A stretch of 64,000 nucleotides of DNA from Ranitomeya imitator (lineage: Eukaryota), in assembly GCF_032444005.1 (NCBI RefSeq), contig NC_091288.1, positions 215,078,001 through 215,142,000 of the forward strand. Direction: 5' to 3'. Positions 1-12,977 of the stretch are shown one piece after another (position 1 is the stretch's first letter; every line of letters starts with the position of its first letter). The position numbers and the translations under genes are program-made. A model generated the notes under the pieces. It was given only the letters and a program-made list of their open reading frames with translations, had not been told where the DNA came from and did no database searches.

Positions 1-2195
1 GGTGCCGTCCCCAGCGTCCTATGATGTTATCGGTGCCGTCCCCCGCGTCCTGTGATGTGATGTTATCGGTGCCGTCCCCCGCCTCCTGTGATGTGATGTG
101 ATCGGTTCCGTCCCCCGTGTCCTGTGATGTGATGTGATCGGTTCCGTCCCCCGTGTCCTGTGATGTGATGTGATCGGTGCCGTCCCCCGCCTCCTGTGAT
201 GTGATGTGATCGGTGCCTTCACCCGCGTCCTGTGATGTTATCGGTGCCGTCCCCCGCCTCCTGTGATGTGATGTGTGCCGTCCCTCGCCTCCTGTGATGT
301 GATGTGATCGGTTCCGTCCCCCGTGTCCTGTGATGTGATCGGTGCCGTCCCCCGCGTCCTGTGATGTGATCGGTGCCGTCCCCCGCGTCCTGTGATGTGA
401 TCGGTGCCGTCCCCCGTGTCCTGTGCTGTGATTGGTGCCGTCCCCCGCGTCCTGTGATGTGATCGGTGCCGCCCCGTGTCCTGTGATGTGATGTGATCGG
501 TGCCGTCCCCCGCGTCCTGTGATGTGATCGCTGCCGTCCCCCGCCTCCTGTGATGTGATGTGATCGGTTCCGTCCCCCGTGTCCTGTGATGTGATGTGAT
601 CGGTTCCGTCTCCCGTGTCCTGTGATGTGATCGGTGCCGTCCCCCGCCTCCTGTGATGTGATGTGATCGGTGCCTTCACCCGCATCCTGTGATGTTATCG
701 GTGCCGTCCCCCGCCTCCTGTGATGTGATTGGTGCCGTCCCCCGCCTCCTGTGATGTGATCGGTGCCGTCCCCCGCCTCCTGTGATGTGATTGGTGCCGT
801 CCCCCGCCTCCTGTGATGTGATCGGTGCCGTCCCCCGCCTCCTGTGATGTGATTGGTGCCGTCCCCCGCATCCTGTGATGTGATTGGTGCCGTCCCCCAC
901 GTCCTGTGATGTGATTGGTGCCGTCCCCCACGTCCTGTGATGTGATTGGTGCCGTCCCCCACGTCCTGTGATGTGATTGGTGCCGTCCCCCGCGTCCTGT
1001 GATGTGATTGGTTCCGTCCCCCGCCTCCTGTGATGTGATCGGTGCCGTCCCCCGTGTCCTGTGCTGTGATTGGTGCCGTCCCCCGCGTCCTGTGATGTGA
1101 TTGGTGCCGTCCCCCGCCTCCTGTGATGTGATCGGTGCCGTCCCCCGCCTCCTGTGATGTGATTGGTGCCGTCCCCCGCGTCCTGTGATGTGATTGGTGC
1201 CGTCCCCCGCCTCCTGTGATGTGATCGGTGCCGTCCCCCGTGTCCTGTGCTGTGATTGGTGCCGTCCCCCGCGTCCTGTGATGTGATTGGTGCCGTCCCC
1301 CGCCTCCTGTGATGTGATCGGTGCCGTCCCCCGCCTCCTGTGATGTGATTGGTGCCGTCCCCCGCCTCCTGTGATGTGATTGGTGCCGTCCCCCGCCTCC
1401 TGTGATGTGATCGGTGCCATCCCCCGTGTCCTGTGATGTGATGTTATCGGTGCCGTCCCCCGCCTCCTGTGATGTGATGTGATCGGTTCCGTCCCCCGTG
1501 TCCTGTGATGTGATCGGTTCTGTCCCCCGTGTCCTGTGATGTGATCGGTTCCGTCCCCCGTGTCCTGTGCTGTGATTGGTGCCGTCCCCCGCGTCCTGTG
1601 ATGTGATTGGTGCCGTCCCCCGCGTCCTGTGATGTGATTGGTGCCGTCCCCCGCCTCCTGTGATGTGATCGGTGCCGTCCCCCGTGTCCTGTGCTGTGAT
1701 TGGTGCCGTCCCCCGCGTCCTGTGATGTGATTGGTGCCGTCCCCCGCCTCCTGTGATGTGATCGGTGCCGTCCCCCGCCTCCTGTGATGTGATTGGTGCC
1801 GTCCCCCGCCTCCTGTGATGTGATTGGTGCCTTCCCCCGCGTCCTGTGATGTGATTGGTGCCGTCCCCCGCCTCCTGTGATGTGATCGGTGCCGTCCCCC
1901 GCCTCCTGTGATGTGATTGGTGCCGTCCCCCGCCTCCTGTGATGTGATTGGTGCCTTCCCCCGCGTCCTGTGATGTGATTGGTGCCGTCCCCCGCCTCCT
2001 GTGATGTGATCGGTGCCGTCCCCCGTGTCCTGTGCTGTGATTGGTGCCGTCCCCCGCGTCCTGTGATGTGATTGGTGCCGTCCCCCGCCTCCTGTGATGT
2101 GATCGGTGCCGTCCCCCGCCTCCTGTGATGTGATTGGTGCCGTCCCCCGCGTCCTGTGATGTGATTGGTGCCGTCCCCCGCCTCCTGTGATGTGA
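1..2195. repeat. 31-bp (variant 36-bp) GC-rich minisatellite filling the intron upstream of the first visible ANTKMT exon
   Basis: Tandem unit GTGATGTGATCGGTGCCGTCCCCCGC(C/G)TCCT, sometimes with an extra GTGAT. Runs from the window start to about 45 nt before the acceptor at 2237-2238. Confidence 0.95.
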
Positions 2196-2238
2196 TTTGC
2201 TGGCTGCGGCTCATGGCGTCTCCTCTTCTCGTGCCCAG

Positions 2239-3028
2239 GTGCCCTACGTGCCGGCCAGTGCCAGACAAGTGGAGAACGTGATGACGCTGCTGAAGGGACG
2301 CGCAGGAAAGATGGCGGACCTGGGCTCCGGGGACGGCAGGATTGTGAGGCGCAGTCACATTGCGCTGTACCGCTACGCCCGCTGACGCCATACTCACTGA
2401 CTGTCTCCTTCCCGCAGGTCCTGGAGGCTGCCAGGAGGGGATTCCACCCGGCCGTGGGGTACGAGCTGAACCCGTGGCTGGTGCGCCTGTCCTATTTCCA
2501 CGCCTGGAGGTCCGGATATCAGCGGAGAGTCACTTACTTACGCGAGGACCTGTGGAAGGTGCGTCTGGCGGTCTCTAACCAGTATGGTCGTGTTATGTTA
2601 ACCCTTCCCTGGCCCCTCTGCCATGGCGGTCCATCGGCCTTGCTCTCTGCTGTCACTGAATGGAAACCCTAATACTTCCGCCATGCACCCATGTAATACC
2701 GCCATGTCGTCTGTGCGCAGGTGCGGCTGCACGACTGTGACAACGTCTCCGTGTTCCTGGCACCCAGCGTGGTAAGTGGCTGCTGTTTGCTGATCCGGAT
2801 CAGGACTGTGCCGGCCGTAACGGTATTTACTGCTCACAGCTCGCGCTGCTGGAGGACAAGTTGCTGGCGGAGCTGCCTGCCGACGCCCGGGTGGTGACCG
2901 GACGCTTCCCGCTGCCCACCTGGCTGCCCAGTGACGTCATCGGAGAGGGCACAGACAGAGCCTGGGCCTACGATATCAGGACTGTACGCCAGGCGGGCAC
3001 CACCCCAGAGCCTGGCACCGCGGTGTGA
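2239..3028 (+). CDS. ANTKMT: Adenine nucleotide translocase lysine methyltransferase (FAM173A); 5' exon(s) lie outside the window
   Basis: GT-AG exons 2239-2343, 2418-2558, 2721-2771, 2840-3028 (TGA 3026-3028), all phase 0. They splice to [56 protein letters not shown]...[30 protein letters not shown]...RFPLPTW...RAWAYD. The class I SAM motif DLGSGDG and the GYELNPWL motif are recognised as FAM173; tail-to-tail position with CCDC78 points to FAM173A rather than FAM173B. Confidence 0.93.
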
Positions 3029-3091
3029 CCAGAGCCCGGACAGTCATATCGCCCTACTCTGCGGGTGTGCTGACCGTCATCACTGGAAACA

Positions 3092-3215
3092 ATCAGCAAG
3101 CCCGTAATACCAGTCAGCAACCCCGTAATGCTAGTCACCAAGCCTGTAATGCCAGTCAGCAAGCCCGTAATGCCAGTCAGCAAGCCCGTAATGCCAGTCA
3201 GCAAGCCCGTAATGC
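3092..3215. repeat. 21-bp minisatellite in the ANTKMT 3' UTR
   Basis: About 6 copies of GCCAGTCAGCAAGCCCGTAAT starting about 60 nt after the stop codon. Confidence 0.85.
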
Positions 3216-3571
3216 AGGTCCCGAGTGCAGCCTGTACAGGGCCCGGCCGTGCAGTCAGCAATGAGCAGACACAGGACAAGCAGGGGATGCCAGGAGCTTT
3301 CTGCTCTGAAGCCTGCAGAGTTATGAATGCAGCTCTGGAGTGTAGCACACACTGTGATGTGTTTTATGACTGTGACGTGACATCGCTCCTTTAACAACAT
3401 TTTATTGCTATTTATATTGATTTTCAGCCTTTTATTGTAACATTTATGCCAAGTAAAAAAAATGTGAAAATTTTGGTAAATTTATAATTAAAAATTATTT
3501 AATTTTGATTAGAATTTTTTTCAGGCCCTGAATTGTGTTACTAGGAAGAAGCTTTATATATTGTCGGTTTC

Positions 3572-4090
3572 CAGGCTCCTCCCCTTATTGTGCCCCGCCC
3601 ACTTACTGAGGCCCTTCTTATTGTGCCCTTCCTTTACTAAAGCTCCTCCTACTTACTGAGTCTCCTACACTTATTTTGTCCCTCTCCTTCCTAAGGCCCT
3701 TCCCACTTACTGAGTCTCCTCCCCTTATTGTGCCCCTCTCCTTCCTAAGGCTCCTCCCACTTACTGAGGCTCCTCCCCTTATTGTGTCCCTCCCCTTACT
3801 AAGGCCCTCCCACGTACTGAGGCTCCTCCCCTTACTGAGGCTCCTCCCACTTACTGAGTTACTGAAACCCCTCCCCTTATTGTGTCCCTCCCCTTACTAA
3901 GGCCCCTCCCACTTACTGAGTCTCCTCCCCTTATTGTGCCCCTCTCCTTCCTAAGGCTCCTCCCACTTACTGAGTCCCCTACCCTTATTGTGTCCCTCTC
4001 CTTCCTAAGGCTCCTCCCCTTATTGTGTCCTCCCCTTACTAAGGCCCCTCCCACTTACTGAGGCTCCTCCCCTTATTAAGGCTCCTCCCG
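3572..4090. repeat. Pyrimidine-rich degenerate minisatellite between the ANTKMT and CCDC78 stop codons
   Basis: Alternating CTCCTCCCACTTACTGAG and CTCCTCCCCTTATTGTG(C/T)CC units. Confidence 0.85.
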
Positions 4091-4581
4091 TCAGTCCTGG
4101 TAATGGCCTTTTCTCTCTCAGGGTTGAGGATCTTCTTTCCTAGCATGGAGATCAGCTGACCCAGCAACCAATAAAGCAGAGCTGCAGTGTAAAGCATGGC
4201 GGACAGGATTCGAAGCCTTTGATGAGCGTCTGCATCTACTGACTTCCTGTAGAGTTTGCAGTCAGATGTAGTGTAAAGCATGGAGGCCACAAGACTGGGG
4301 GCTTCGATGAGAAAAGAGGGGGATTTCAGACCACCGTAGACTCCCACAGACAATGCACCTGAGCTATCCGGAGTTACAATTTATAGCCCTGATGTATCAG
4401 GACAAGAAGCCGACACTGAACACAATAAATAGGATGTCCGTCTGTAAGAGATGTGTAAAAATAAATATTACTTTAATAATAAGATAACGATTGAGGAGAA
4501 GCCCGAGCCCAGATCTGAGGCCTCACAGCTTCTCCGCTGAGGAGTCTGCCGTGCAGAGCCGATCACAGCCACCGGAGGGCG

Positions 4582-7500
4582 TCACATCTCATGGCTGCTT
4601 CTCCTTGTAGCACGAAACAGCAGTGAGTGGGGAGCGTCAGCACTGAAGGCTCTGTGCCCCTCACTGCCCATAAGTGTCCGCAGGCGCATTATTTCCTGCT
4701 TATACCTGGGGAGAGATAGAATACAGCGCAGGAGAAGTAATGTGTGTACAGTGCGTGCACCAGCAGAATAGTGAGCGCAGCTCTGGGGTATAATACAGGA
4801 TGTAACTCAGGATCAGTAATGTAATGTATGTACACAGTGACTGCACCAGCAGAATAGTGAGTGCAGCTCTGGAGTATAATACAGGAGGTAACTCAGGATC
4901 AGTAATGTATGTACACAGTGACTGCACCAGCAGAATAGTGAGTGCAGCTCTGGAGTATAATACAGGATGTAACTCAGGATCAGTAATGTATGTACACAGT
5001 GACTGCACCAGCAGAATAGTGAGTGCAGCTCTGGGGTATAATACAGGATGTAACTCAGGATCAGTAATGTAATGTATGTACACAGTGACTGCACCAGCAG
5101 AATAGTGAGTGCAGCTCTGGAGTATAATACAGGATGTAACTCAGGATCAGTAATGTAATGTATGTACACAGTGACTGCACCAGCAGAATAGTGAGTGCAG
5201 CTCTGGGGTATAATACAGGAGGTAACTCAGGATCAGTAATGTAATGTATGTACACAGTGACTGCACCAGCAGAATAGTGAGTGCAGCTCTGGGGTATAAT
5301 ACAGGAGGTAACTCAGGATCAGTAATGTATGTGCACAGTGACTGCACCAGCAGAATAGTGAGCGCAGCTCTGGGGTATAATACAGGAGGTAACTCAGGAT
5401 CAGTAATGTATGTGCACAGTGACTGCACCAGCAGAATAGTGAGCGCAGCTCTGGGGTATAATACAGGAGGTAACTCAGGATCAGTAATGTAATGTATGTA
5501 CACAGTGACTGCACCAGCAGAATAGTGAGTGCAGCTCTGGGGTATAATACAGGATGTAACTCAGGATCAGTAATGTAATGTATGTACACAGTGACTGCAC
5601 CAGCAGAATAGTGAGTGCAGCTCTGGGGTATAATACAGGAGGTAACTCAGGATCAGTAATGTAATGTATGTACACAGTGACTGCACCAGCAGAATAGTGA
5701 GTGCAGCTCTGGGGTATAATACAGGATGTAACTCAGGATCAGTAATGTAATGTATGTACACAGTGACTGCACCAGCAGAATAGTGAGTGCAGCTCTGGGG
5801 TATAATACAGGATGTAACTCAGGATCAGTAATGTATGTACACAGTGACTGCACCAGCAGAATAGTGAGTGCAGCTCTGGGGTTTAATACAGGACGTAACT
5901 CAGGATCAGTAATGTAATGTATGTACACAGTGACTGCAACTGCAGAATAGTGAGTGCAGCTCTGGGGTATAATACAGGATGTAACTCAGGATCAGTAATG
6001 TATGTACACAGTGACTGCACCAGCAGAATAGTGAGTGCAGCTCTGGAGTTTAATACAGGATGTAACTCAGAATCAGTAATGTAATGTATGTACACAGTGA
6101 CTGCACCAGCAGAATAGTGAGTGCAGCTCTGGGGTTTAATACAGCACGTAACTCAGGATCAGTAATGTAATGTATGTACACAGTGACTGCACCAGCAGAA
6201 TAGTGAGTGCAGCTCTGGGGTTTAATACAGGACGTAACTCAGGATCAGTAATGTAATGTATGTACACAGTGACTGCACCAGCAGAATAGTGAGTGCAGCT
6301 CTGAAGTTTAATACAGGATGTAACTCAGAATCAGTAATGTAATGTATGTACACAGTGACTGCACCAGCAGAATAGTGAGTGCAGCTCTGGGGTATAATAC
6401 AGGATGTAACTCAGGATCAGTAATGTATGTACACAGTGACTACACCAGCAGAATAGTGAGTGCAGCTCTGGGGTATAATACAGGATGTAACTCAGAATCA
6501 GTAATGTATGTACACAGTGACTGCACCAGCAGAATAGTGAGTGCAGCTCTGGGGTATAATACAGGAGGTAACTCAGGATCAGTAATGTAATGTATGTACA
6601 CAGTGACTGCACCAGCAGAATAGTGAGTGCGGCTCTGGAGTATAATACAGGATGTAACTCAGGATCAGTAATGTAATGTATGCACACAGTGACTGCACCA
6701 GCAGAATACTGAGTGCAGCTCTGGAGTATAATACAGGATGTAACTCAGGATCAGTAATGTAATGTATGTACACAGTGACTGCACCAGCAGAATACTGAGT
6801 GCAGCTCTGGAGTATAATACAGGAGGTATCTGGATGAATACAGTGATGTCCTCACCTTCCCAGGTGTTTATCCACATATTCCTGCAGCTCTGCCACCTGC
6901 TCCTCTGCTACCACCGCTCTCGCCAGCAGCTGACTTCTCTCCTTCTCCAGATCTTCCTAATTGACCCAAACAATAAGAATGCCTTGTGTGAACGGTGACA
7001 ACCCGTGCGATATTCAGTAATGTAATAAAGCAGATATACTGCAGAGCGTGTAAGATGCCATCACACCAGTAGGGGGCAGTAGTGGCGTTCAGTACAGGGC
7101 ACCCCTATACCTGGGTGTTGTGGGTGAACTCTCTCAGCTGCTTCCTGATCTCGGCCCAGTTCTCCTCGCTCAGGTGGCTGCGCTGTCTGCATATTAAAGG
7201 GACACACGGTCACTGACCTCACCAGGACAAATAACAGGCCCAAATGTTATCAATTGCATCTCTTACAGAAAACATGGCTACTTTATGCTCACAAATATAA
7301 ATACTGTATCTTAAAAGGATAATTCATTATTTTTTTTATATGGAGGGAAAAAAGACACCCAAGACAACAGGCATGGACAAGCCCTTTAAGTCACACTCAC
7401 TATGATTTTCACTCTTGCCCTTCCCCCTTACTCACTGTTGATTGGACATCGCATTGTCATTTATTCTTCTCTGCAATGTAAGAGGGAGAACAATTAGTAA

Positions 7501-10500
7501 TTAGCATAATGAACAGATAACTCCGCCCACAATCCAACATTTACATAATCCACCAACCTTCTCCTTCAGGTCCTGGACCTGTGACTCCAGCCGGGCCTTG
7601 TCCTCCCGTAGACGGTTCACCTCCAGGGACGACTGGGACTGTAGATCGGGGTCAGTGATGGAGAAGTGATGCTCAGGGGGGCCGGGGTCCACGTCATGGC
7701 TTCCCAGAGCCATGATCTGCTCCCTCTGCATGCTGGAAGTGGATGGAAACCATCATCACACTGGGAGCTCTGGGGTGGGACAACAACTCCCAGTATGCCA
7801 TGGATAGCCAGGCAACCACGGAGTTAGGAAAGAGGAGACATCCTGGTGATGGTCTCGACAGGAACTGACTGGGACATGGACACTGGTGTCAGGCTCAGTG
7901 CCGTAGTGGGGCCCCCACTATGATCCTGCCCAGGGCCACAGCATTGTCACGCCTGGGTCTGACATTACCGATACGCAATCATCAGGCTTTCATGTTTCTT
8001 GATGAGGTTCTGCATCCTCTTCTTGTACTGCCGCGTCGCTGTCGCCAGCTGTTCCTCACGAGACCTGTGCGAAGCTTTCATGTCGCTGAGCATGCTGTCC
8101 ACGTACTGTTTCATACGAGTGGCCTCCATCTTACCACCTGTACCATTTCTCAGATTCCCATCCACGTAATCCTACAAGGGAGAAAAGGGTTAATCATCCT
8201 ACATCCGATCATCATCCACAATCCCATGATCTTCCATATCCCACCATGATCCTGCATCTCAACCATCATATTATAACCCATCATCATCCTACACCCCACC
8301 GTCATTCAACATCCCACCATCATGCCACATCACACCGTCATCCTACATCCCACCATCATCCTGCATCCCAGCATCATCCTATATCCCAGTATCGTCCTAC
8401 ATCCCACCATCTTCCTATATCCCACCATTATTCTACATCCCATCATCTTCCTACATCCCGCTGTCATCCTACATCCCACCATCTTCCTACATCCCACCAT
8501 CTTCCTACATCCCACCATCTTCCTACCTCCCAACATCTTCCTATATCCCACCCTTATCCTACATCCCACCGTCATCCTACATCTCACCATCTTCCTACAT
8601 CCCACCATCTTCCTACCTCCCACCATCTTCCTATATCCCACCCTTATCCTACATCCCACCGTCATCCTACACCCCACCGTCATCCAACATCCCACCATCA
8701 TGCCACATCACGCCATCATCCTACTTTCCACCATCATCCTACATTCCACCATCTTCCTACACCATCATCCTACATCCCACCATCATCCTACATTCCACCG
8801 TCATCCCACATCACACCGTCATCTTACTTCCCCCCATCATCCTACACTCCACCATCATCCTACATCATTATCCTACATCCCACCCTCATCCTACATACCA
8901 CATTCACCCTCCTTCCTGTCAGCCTTCTTCCTGTCATCCTACAACCAACCATCATCCTACATCCAACCATTGTCCTACATATCGCTATCGTCCTACATCC
9001 CACTGTCATCCTACATCCCACAATGTTCCTACATCTCACCATCTTCCTGTATCCCACCATTTTCCTATATCCCACCCTTATTCTACATCCCACCACCATC
9101 CTACATCCCACCATCATCCTACATCCCAGCATCATTCTATACCCCACCACCTTCCTATATCCCACCCTTGTTCTACATCCCACCACCATCCTACATCCCA
9201 CTGTCATCCTACATTTTACAGTCCTCCTACATCCCACCCTCATTCTACATCCCACCATCATCCTACATCTCCTCTGTCATCCCGCTATCCTCTCACCCCC
9301 GTCACTCCTACATTTAGGAGTAGCCATATTTTAGGACTCTCACCGCCAAGTCCTGGATGTAGCGGTTGAGTCTGGAGCGATACTCCTCATTGAGCTCCTT
9401 CAGCTGCATCTGAAGACGTGAGTTTTCAGCCTCAACCTCCTTCAGCTGACTCTGCGATGTCAAGAGAACCTGAAGAAGAGACAGACAAGTATCCTAAGAT
9501 GTCTCCACCATGGATGAGGGTGAAGAACCATAGACACAACAGGTTATAATAATGGTGCCTCAGCCCCGTTCCTCACCGCGGACTTCTCAGCCATCTTGTG
9601 CTGAGTGTTGCGGATGGCTCTTTTCGCCTCTTGTAGCTCCTTACCCATGGCGATCCTGTGATTACACGTAACATATGAGACTGACGAGTGTTTTCTTATA
9701 GAGTTTTTCTAGATCTTGGAGGGACCTGGGTGCTACTTACACTCGCTCCTCTAACTTCTGCTGCTGGGTGTCATGGATCTTCTTCATGCTCTCAATCTCT
9801 TCCTTGATTTCATTCTGATTTCCGAAAAGCTTCAAAGATGCAAAGGTCCAAAGATTGCTCATGTATCTGCCATCTTATCAATATCATGAACAAGCGGGAA
9901 ATCACAACTTACGTTTCTTTCCAGTTTTTTCCGCTCATGCTCTGAAGCCACCAGCTCTTCAGGCTGAAAAACCCAACATTTTTGTAAATACTTAATCTTT
10001 TCCTTCTACCAACCCTGTCTTAAAAGGAATTTCCACCTGAACGTATCATCAAGTATGTTCTAGAGACATATACGTATATGGTTATATATGGTGAGTGCTT
10101 CGCGAGGAATTTTTGGTATTTTGAGGAGACCTCATAGATGTCATTTCTGAAAAACCCTTTTATTTCTAGGCTGAGATATATTGTGTTAAAGTTTGTAGGC
10201 CCGAAGCCTGAGCAGAGTATCTGATGACAGCTTGTCTCCTCCTCATTCCTGTCAGGTGCAGTGTTGTCATGGACAGTGGTTGTCCCGATTAACCAGAGGA
10301 AGTCTCCATAAAAAAATGTACACCTGATACATGGAAAGCCCCTTTAAGCCAGACACATCTCTTACATTACAGGCAGTAATGTGGATCTGACCGAGTACCT
10401 TGATCTTACGAGCTGACAGACGGTTGACCATGGCTCGCACCCTGTCCAATTCTGCCGTGGCCTCGTTGACCAGAGCTCGAGACTGTGCATAGGTGTCGTC

Positions 10501-12977
10501 TTTCTCTCGGTTGACCAGGTTGAGTAGCTCCATGCTCAGCTCATCATTCTTACTCACCTGTAAGGAAAAAATAGAGAGGGCCGAAGACATTAGCTGAAAA
10601 ATGTCAAGGATGCTATGCGCCCTTATACATAGATGTGGCCAGCGGGGCAGGGCGAAAATGACTAAACTTCTTAAAGGCAAAGTCGTCACCTCGTGCTCAT
10701 GTTCTTTGCTCAATGCCAAGTAATTGCTCTTCAAAACGATGTACTCGTCAGCCAGCTCCTTACGGTTGATCTCCACCGACCGGAGACGATCCTTCAAAGC
10801 CTCGTGCTCCCCTGTCAGCTTCTCCTTATGAAGCTCCACAGTCATCAGCCGGTTCTCCAAAGTCAAGATCTACAAGTCAGAAGGAGCATACAGATTTTTC
10901 TGATACTGCTGCCCATCCCCTATGCTTTTTACTGCAGCCCGGCTTGTTCAGATTGGCTACTGAGTAGGCGCAAAAACTCATTATGAAGTCTGCTCATGGA
11001 GAGATGATTCCCATTACAGCAGCCATTAAGCCCTTCGGTACAACATACCGTATTCTTGAGTTCAAATGTTTCTGCCTCGTAGTGCTCCCTGATCTTATTG
11101 GTTTCAATCTGAAGTTCGATTAACTCCTTAGAAATCTGTGAAGGATGATATAGGGGTCACTACATCGGAAATTAGGGGTAAATTAAAAACTAAAATTCTG
11201 ATTTATCAGTGATCAAAGGGTTTCCTCTAGGTCACATCAAATAACTCTTCGTATCTCAACTTTCTAACCCCCGATGAAGGATGGTACACAGAGAGTGGGC
11301 CCAAATCTATGACATTTACTGCAGGGTTGGAGAATAGAGCCAGCGAGTTCTACATAACAGGAGTCTAAAACGTACAGCAGAGTTCTAGAGCATACAACTT
11401 CAACCATTGAGTTCTAGAACATACAACCATAATCATCTAAATCTAGAACATGCAACCTAATCCATCTTCAACATGCAACCTTAGCCAACTAGATCTGGAA
11501 CCTTAATCATCTAGAACACAGAATCTTAACCATCTGTATATAAAATATACATCCTTAACCATGTGGATCTAGAATATACCACCTTAGCCATCTAGATCTA
11601 GAACATACAACCATAACCATCTATATATAAAATACACAACCTTAACCATGTGTATCTAGAATATACAACCGTAACCATCTAGATCTAGAACATACAACTT
11701 TACCATTTAGATCTCGAACATTCAACCTTTACCATCTAGAACATACAACCTCTAGTTCTAAGGCATACAATATAAATCATCTAGTTCTAGAACATTCAAC
11801 CTTGATAATCTAGAACATGCAATCTCTATATCTAAGGTACAATATAAACTGTCTAGTTTTTGAACATACAACCTTGATAATCTAGAACATACAAACTTGA
11901 TAATCTAGAACATACAAACTTGATAATCTAGAACATACAACCTTAACCATCTAGACCTAGAACATACTACTTGAATCATATCATTCCACAAAATACAATC
12001 TTAACCATCTAGATATAGAGCATACAACCTTAACAATCTAGTTTTAGAATATACAACTTTAACCATCTAGTTCTATAACATGCAACCTCAACCATCTAGT
12101 TCTAGAATATACTTTAACCATATAGTTCTAGAACATACAACCTTAACCATCTAGACCTAGAAGATACAACTTGAACCATGTAATTCCACAACCCAAAGAA
12201 CATGTTAAAGATCTGTGATACCTTCAGCTTCTCCTCCTCACTGAGCACCAGTCTTGATGACAGATCCGTCTTGGACCCTGCAAGTTTCCCCATCTTGTTC
12301 TGCAGGTCGGTCAGCTTGGCGTACAATCTCTCATTGCGATCTTGCAGCTGAATCTGAGAGGGAGAAGAATCAGACCCAGGTCAACAGCATCCAACGTAGA
12401 AGAGTATCCCAACTATGGTGGTCCTTGTTTGTCCATGTCAGGTCGGGTGAGAGATCCCCTTATCAGGACACACTTACTGTCTGGACACCCATGGATGGAG
12501 TGATCCGGGGGTAAATACCGTCCCAACCAGACCTGATGAATGGTCTTGGTGTGGCCCCCATTAGGCTCCACAGAAGACCTATATGTTTCTTGATCATAGA
12601 GATCAGACATAACTAGTCGATCCTGCACAATGTGGACACAGCACACGCGTTTCGCAGTCCATGCTGACACTTCACAGGCTTTTCTACATGTTTATAGGGA
12701 ACCCTGAATATGTGCCCTCTGGAGACGTAACATATGGAAGCAAAGGTCCCCTGCGCACCGTGTGCCAAGTATCTATGGCAGAGATGGGCATTTCCTCTGC
12801 ATGAATACCCCTGATCCCGACCATACAGGACCCACCTGACTAATCGATCCCCAGGGTCATATCCCCTCTCGTCCGCCATGTTTAGCTGGAGATTATTTAT
12901 GATGGACTCACATTCTCGTTGCTCAGCTGTCGGACCTGTTCCTTCAGAGACGTGTCGCTGTCTACAGAGGAGTCCAT
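4582..12977 (-). CDS. CCDC78: Coiled-coil domain-containing protein 78 (deuterosome/centriole amplification), complete 15-exon CDS, 560 aa
   Basis: Minus-strand GT-AG exons: 12977-12912 (MDSSVDSDTSLKEQVRQLSNEN), 12353-12222, 11135-11049, 10869-10690, 10557-10399, 9963-9913, 9829-9741, 9655-9577, 9469-9344, 8171-7969, 7732-7558, 7470-7436, 7186-7111, 6956-6856, 4705-4582 (TGA). All phases are compatible; total 1683 nt = 561 codons. C-terminal WAEIRKQLREFTHNTQEDLEKERSQLLARAVVAEEQVAELQEYVDKHLGRYKQEIMRLR matches the CCDC78 family, and the gene is convergent with ANTKMT as in mammals. Confidence 0.93.
4740..6835. repeat. 81/86-bp minisatellite occupying nearly the whole last intron of CCDC78
   Basis: About 25 units of CAGTAATGT(AATGT)ATGTACACAGTGACTGCACCAGCAGAATAGTGAGTGCAGCTCTGG(G/A)GTATAATACAGGATGTAACTCAGGAT. 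Confidence 0.95.
8190..9312. repeat. Degenerate ~18-bp low-complexity repeat in CCDC78 intron 9
   Basis: Units like CATCCTACATCCCACCAT; no G-rich sequence on the + strand. Source of the His/Pro/Ile-rich ORFs in the track. Confidence 0.9.
11380..12180. repeat. AT-rich ~29-bp minisatellite in CCDC78 intron 2
   Basis: Units like TCTAGAACATACAACCTTAACCATCTAGA. Confidence 0.85.
12635..12685 (-). mobile_element. Degenerate Penelope-type minimal hammerhead motif in CCDC78 intron 1
   Basis: Minus strand reads CCTGTGAAG-tgtcagcatggact-GCGAAACGCGTG, resembling the CUGAUGA...GAAACGCGU motif of Penelope-like elements. The core lacks one A and the cleavage triplet would be GUG. Confidence 0.45.

Noticed and set aside
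19-2190. Long minus-strand ORFs (up to 317 aa) of [13 protein letters not shown] repeats
   Set aside because: Translation of the intronic 31/36-bp minisatellite; all frames are equally repetitive.
4700-6998. Many short repeated ORFs and a regular repeat pattern that could be mistaken for a CRISPR array
   Set aside because: Contiguous tandem units with no unique spacers, in a eukaryotic intron, with no cas genes.
8246-9334. 362-aa and 331-aa His/Pro/Ile-rich ORFs antisense to CCDC78
   Set aside because: An 18-bp G-poor repeat cannot easily form stop codons; non-ATG starts; lies within an intron.
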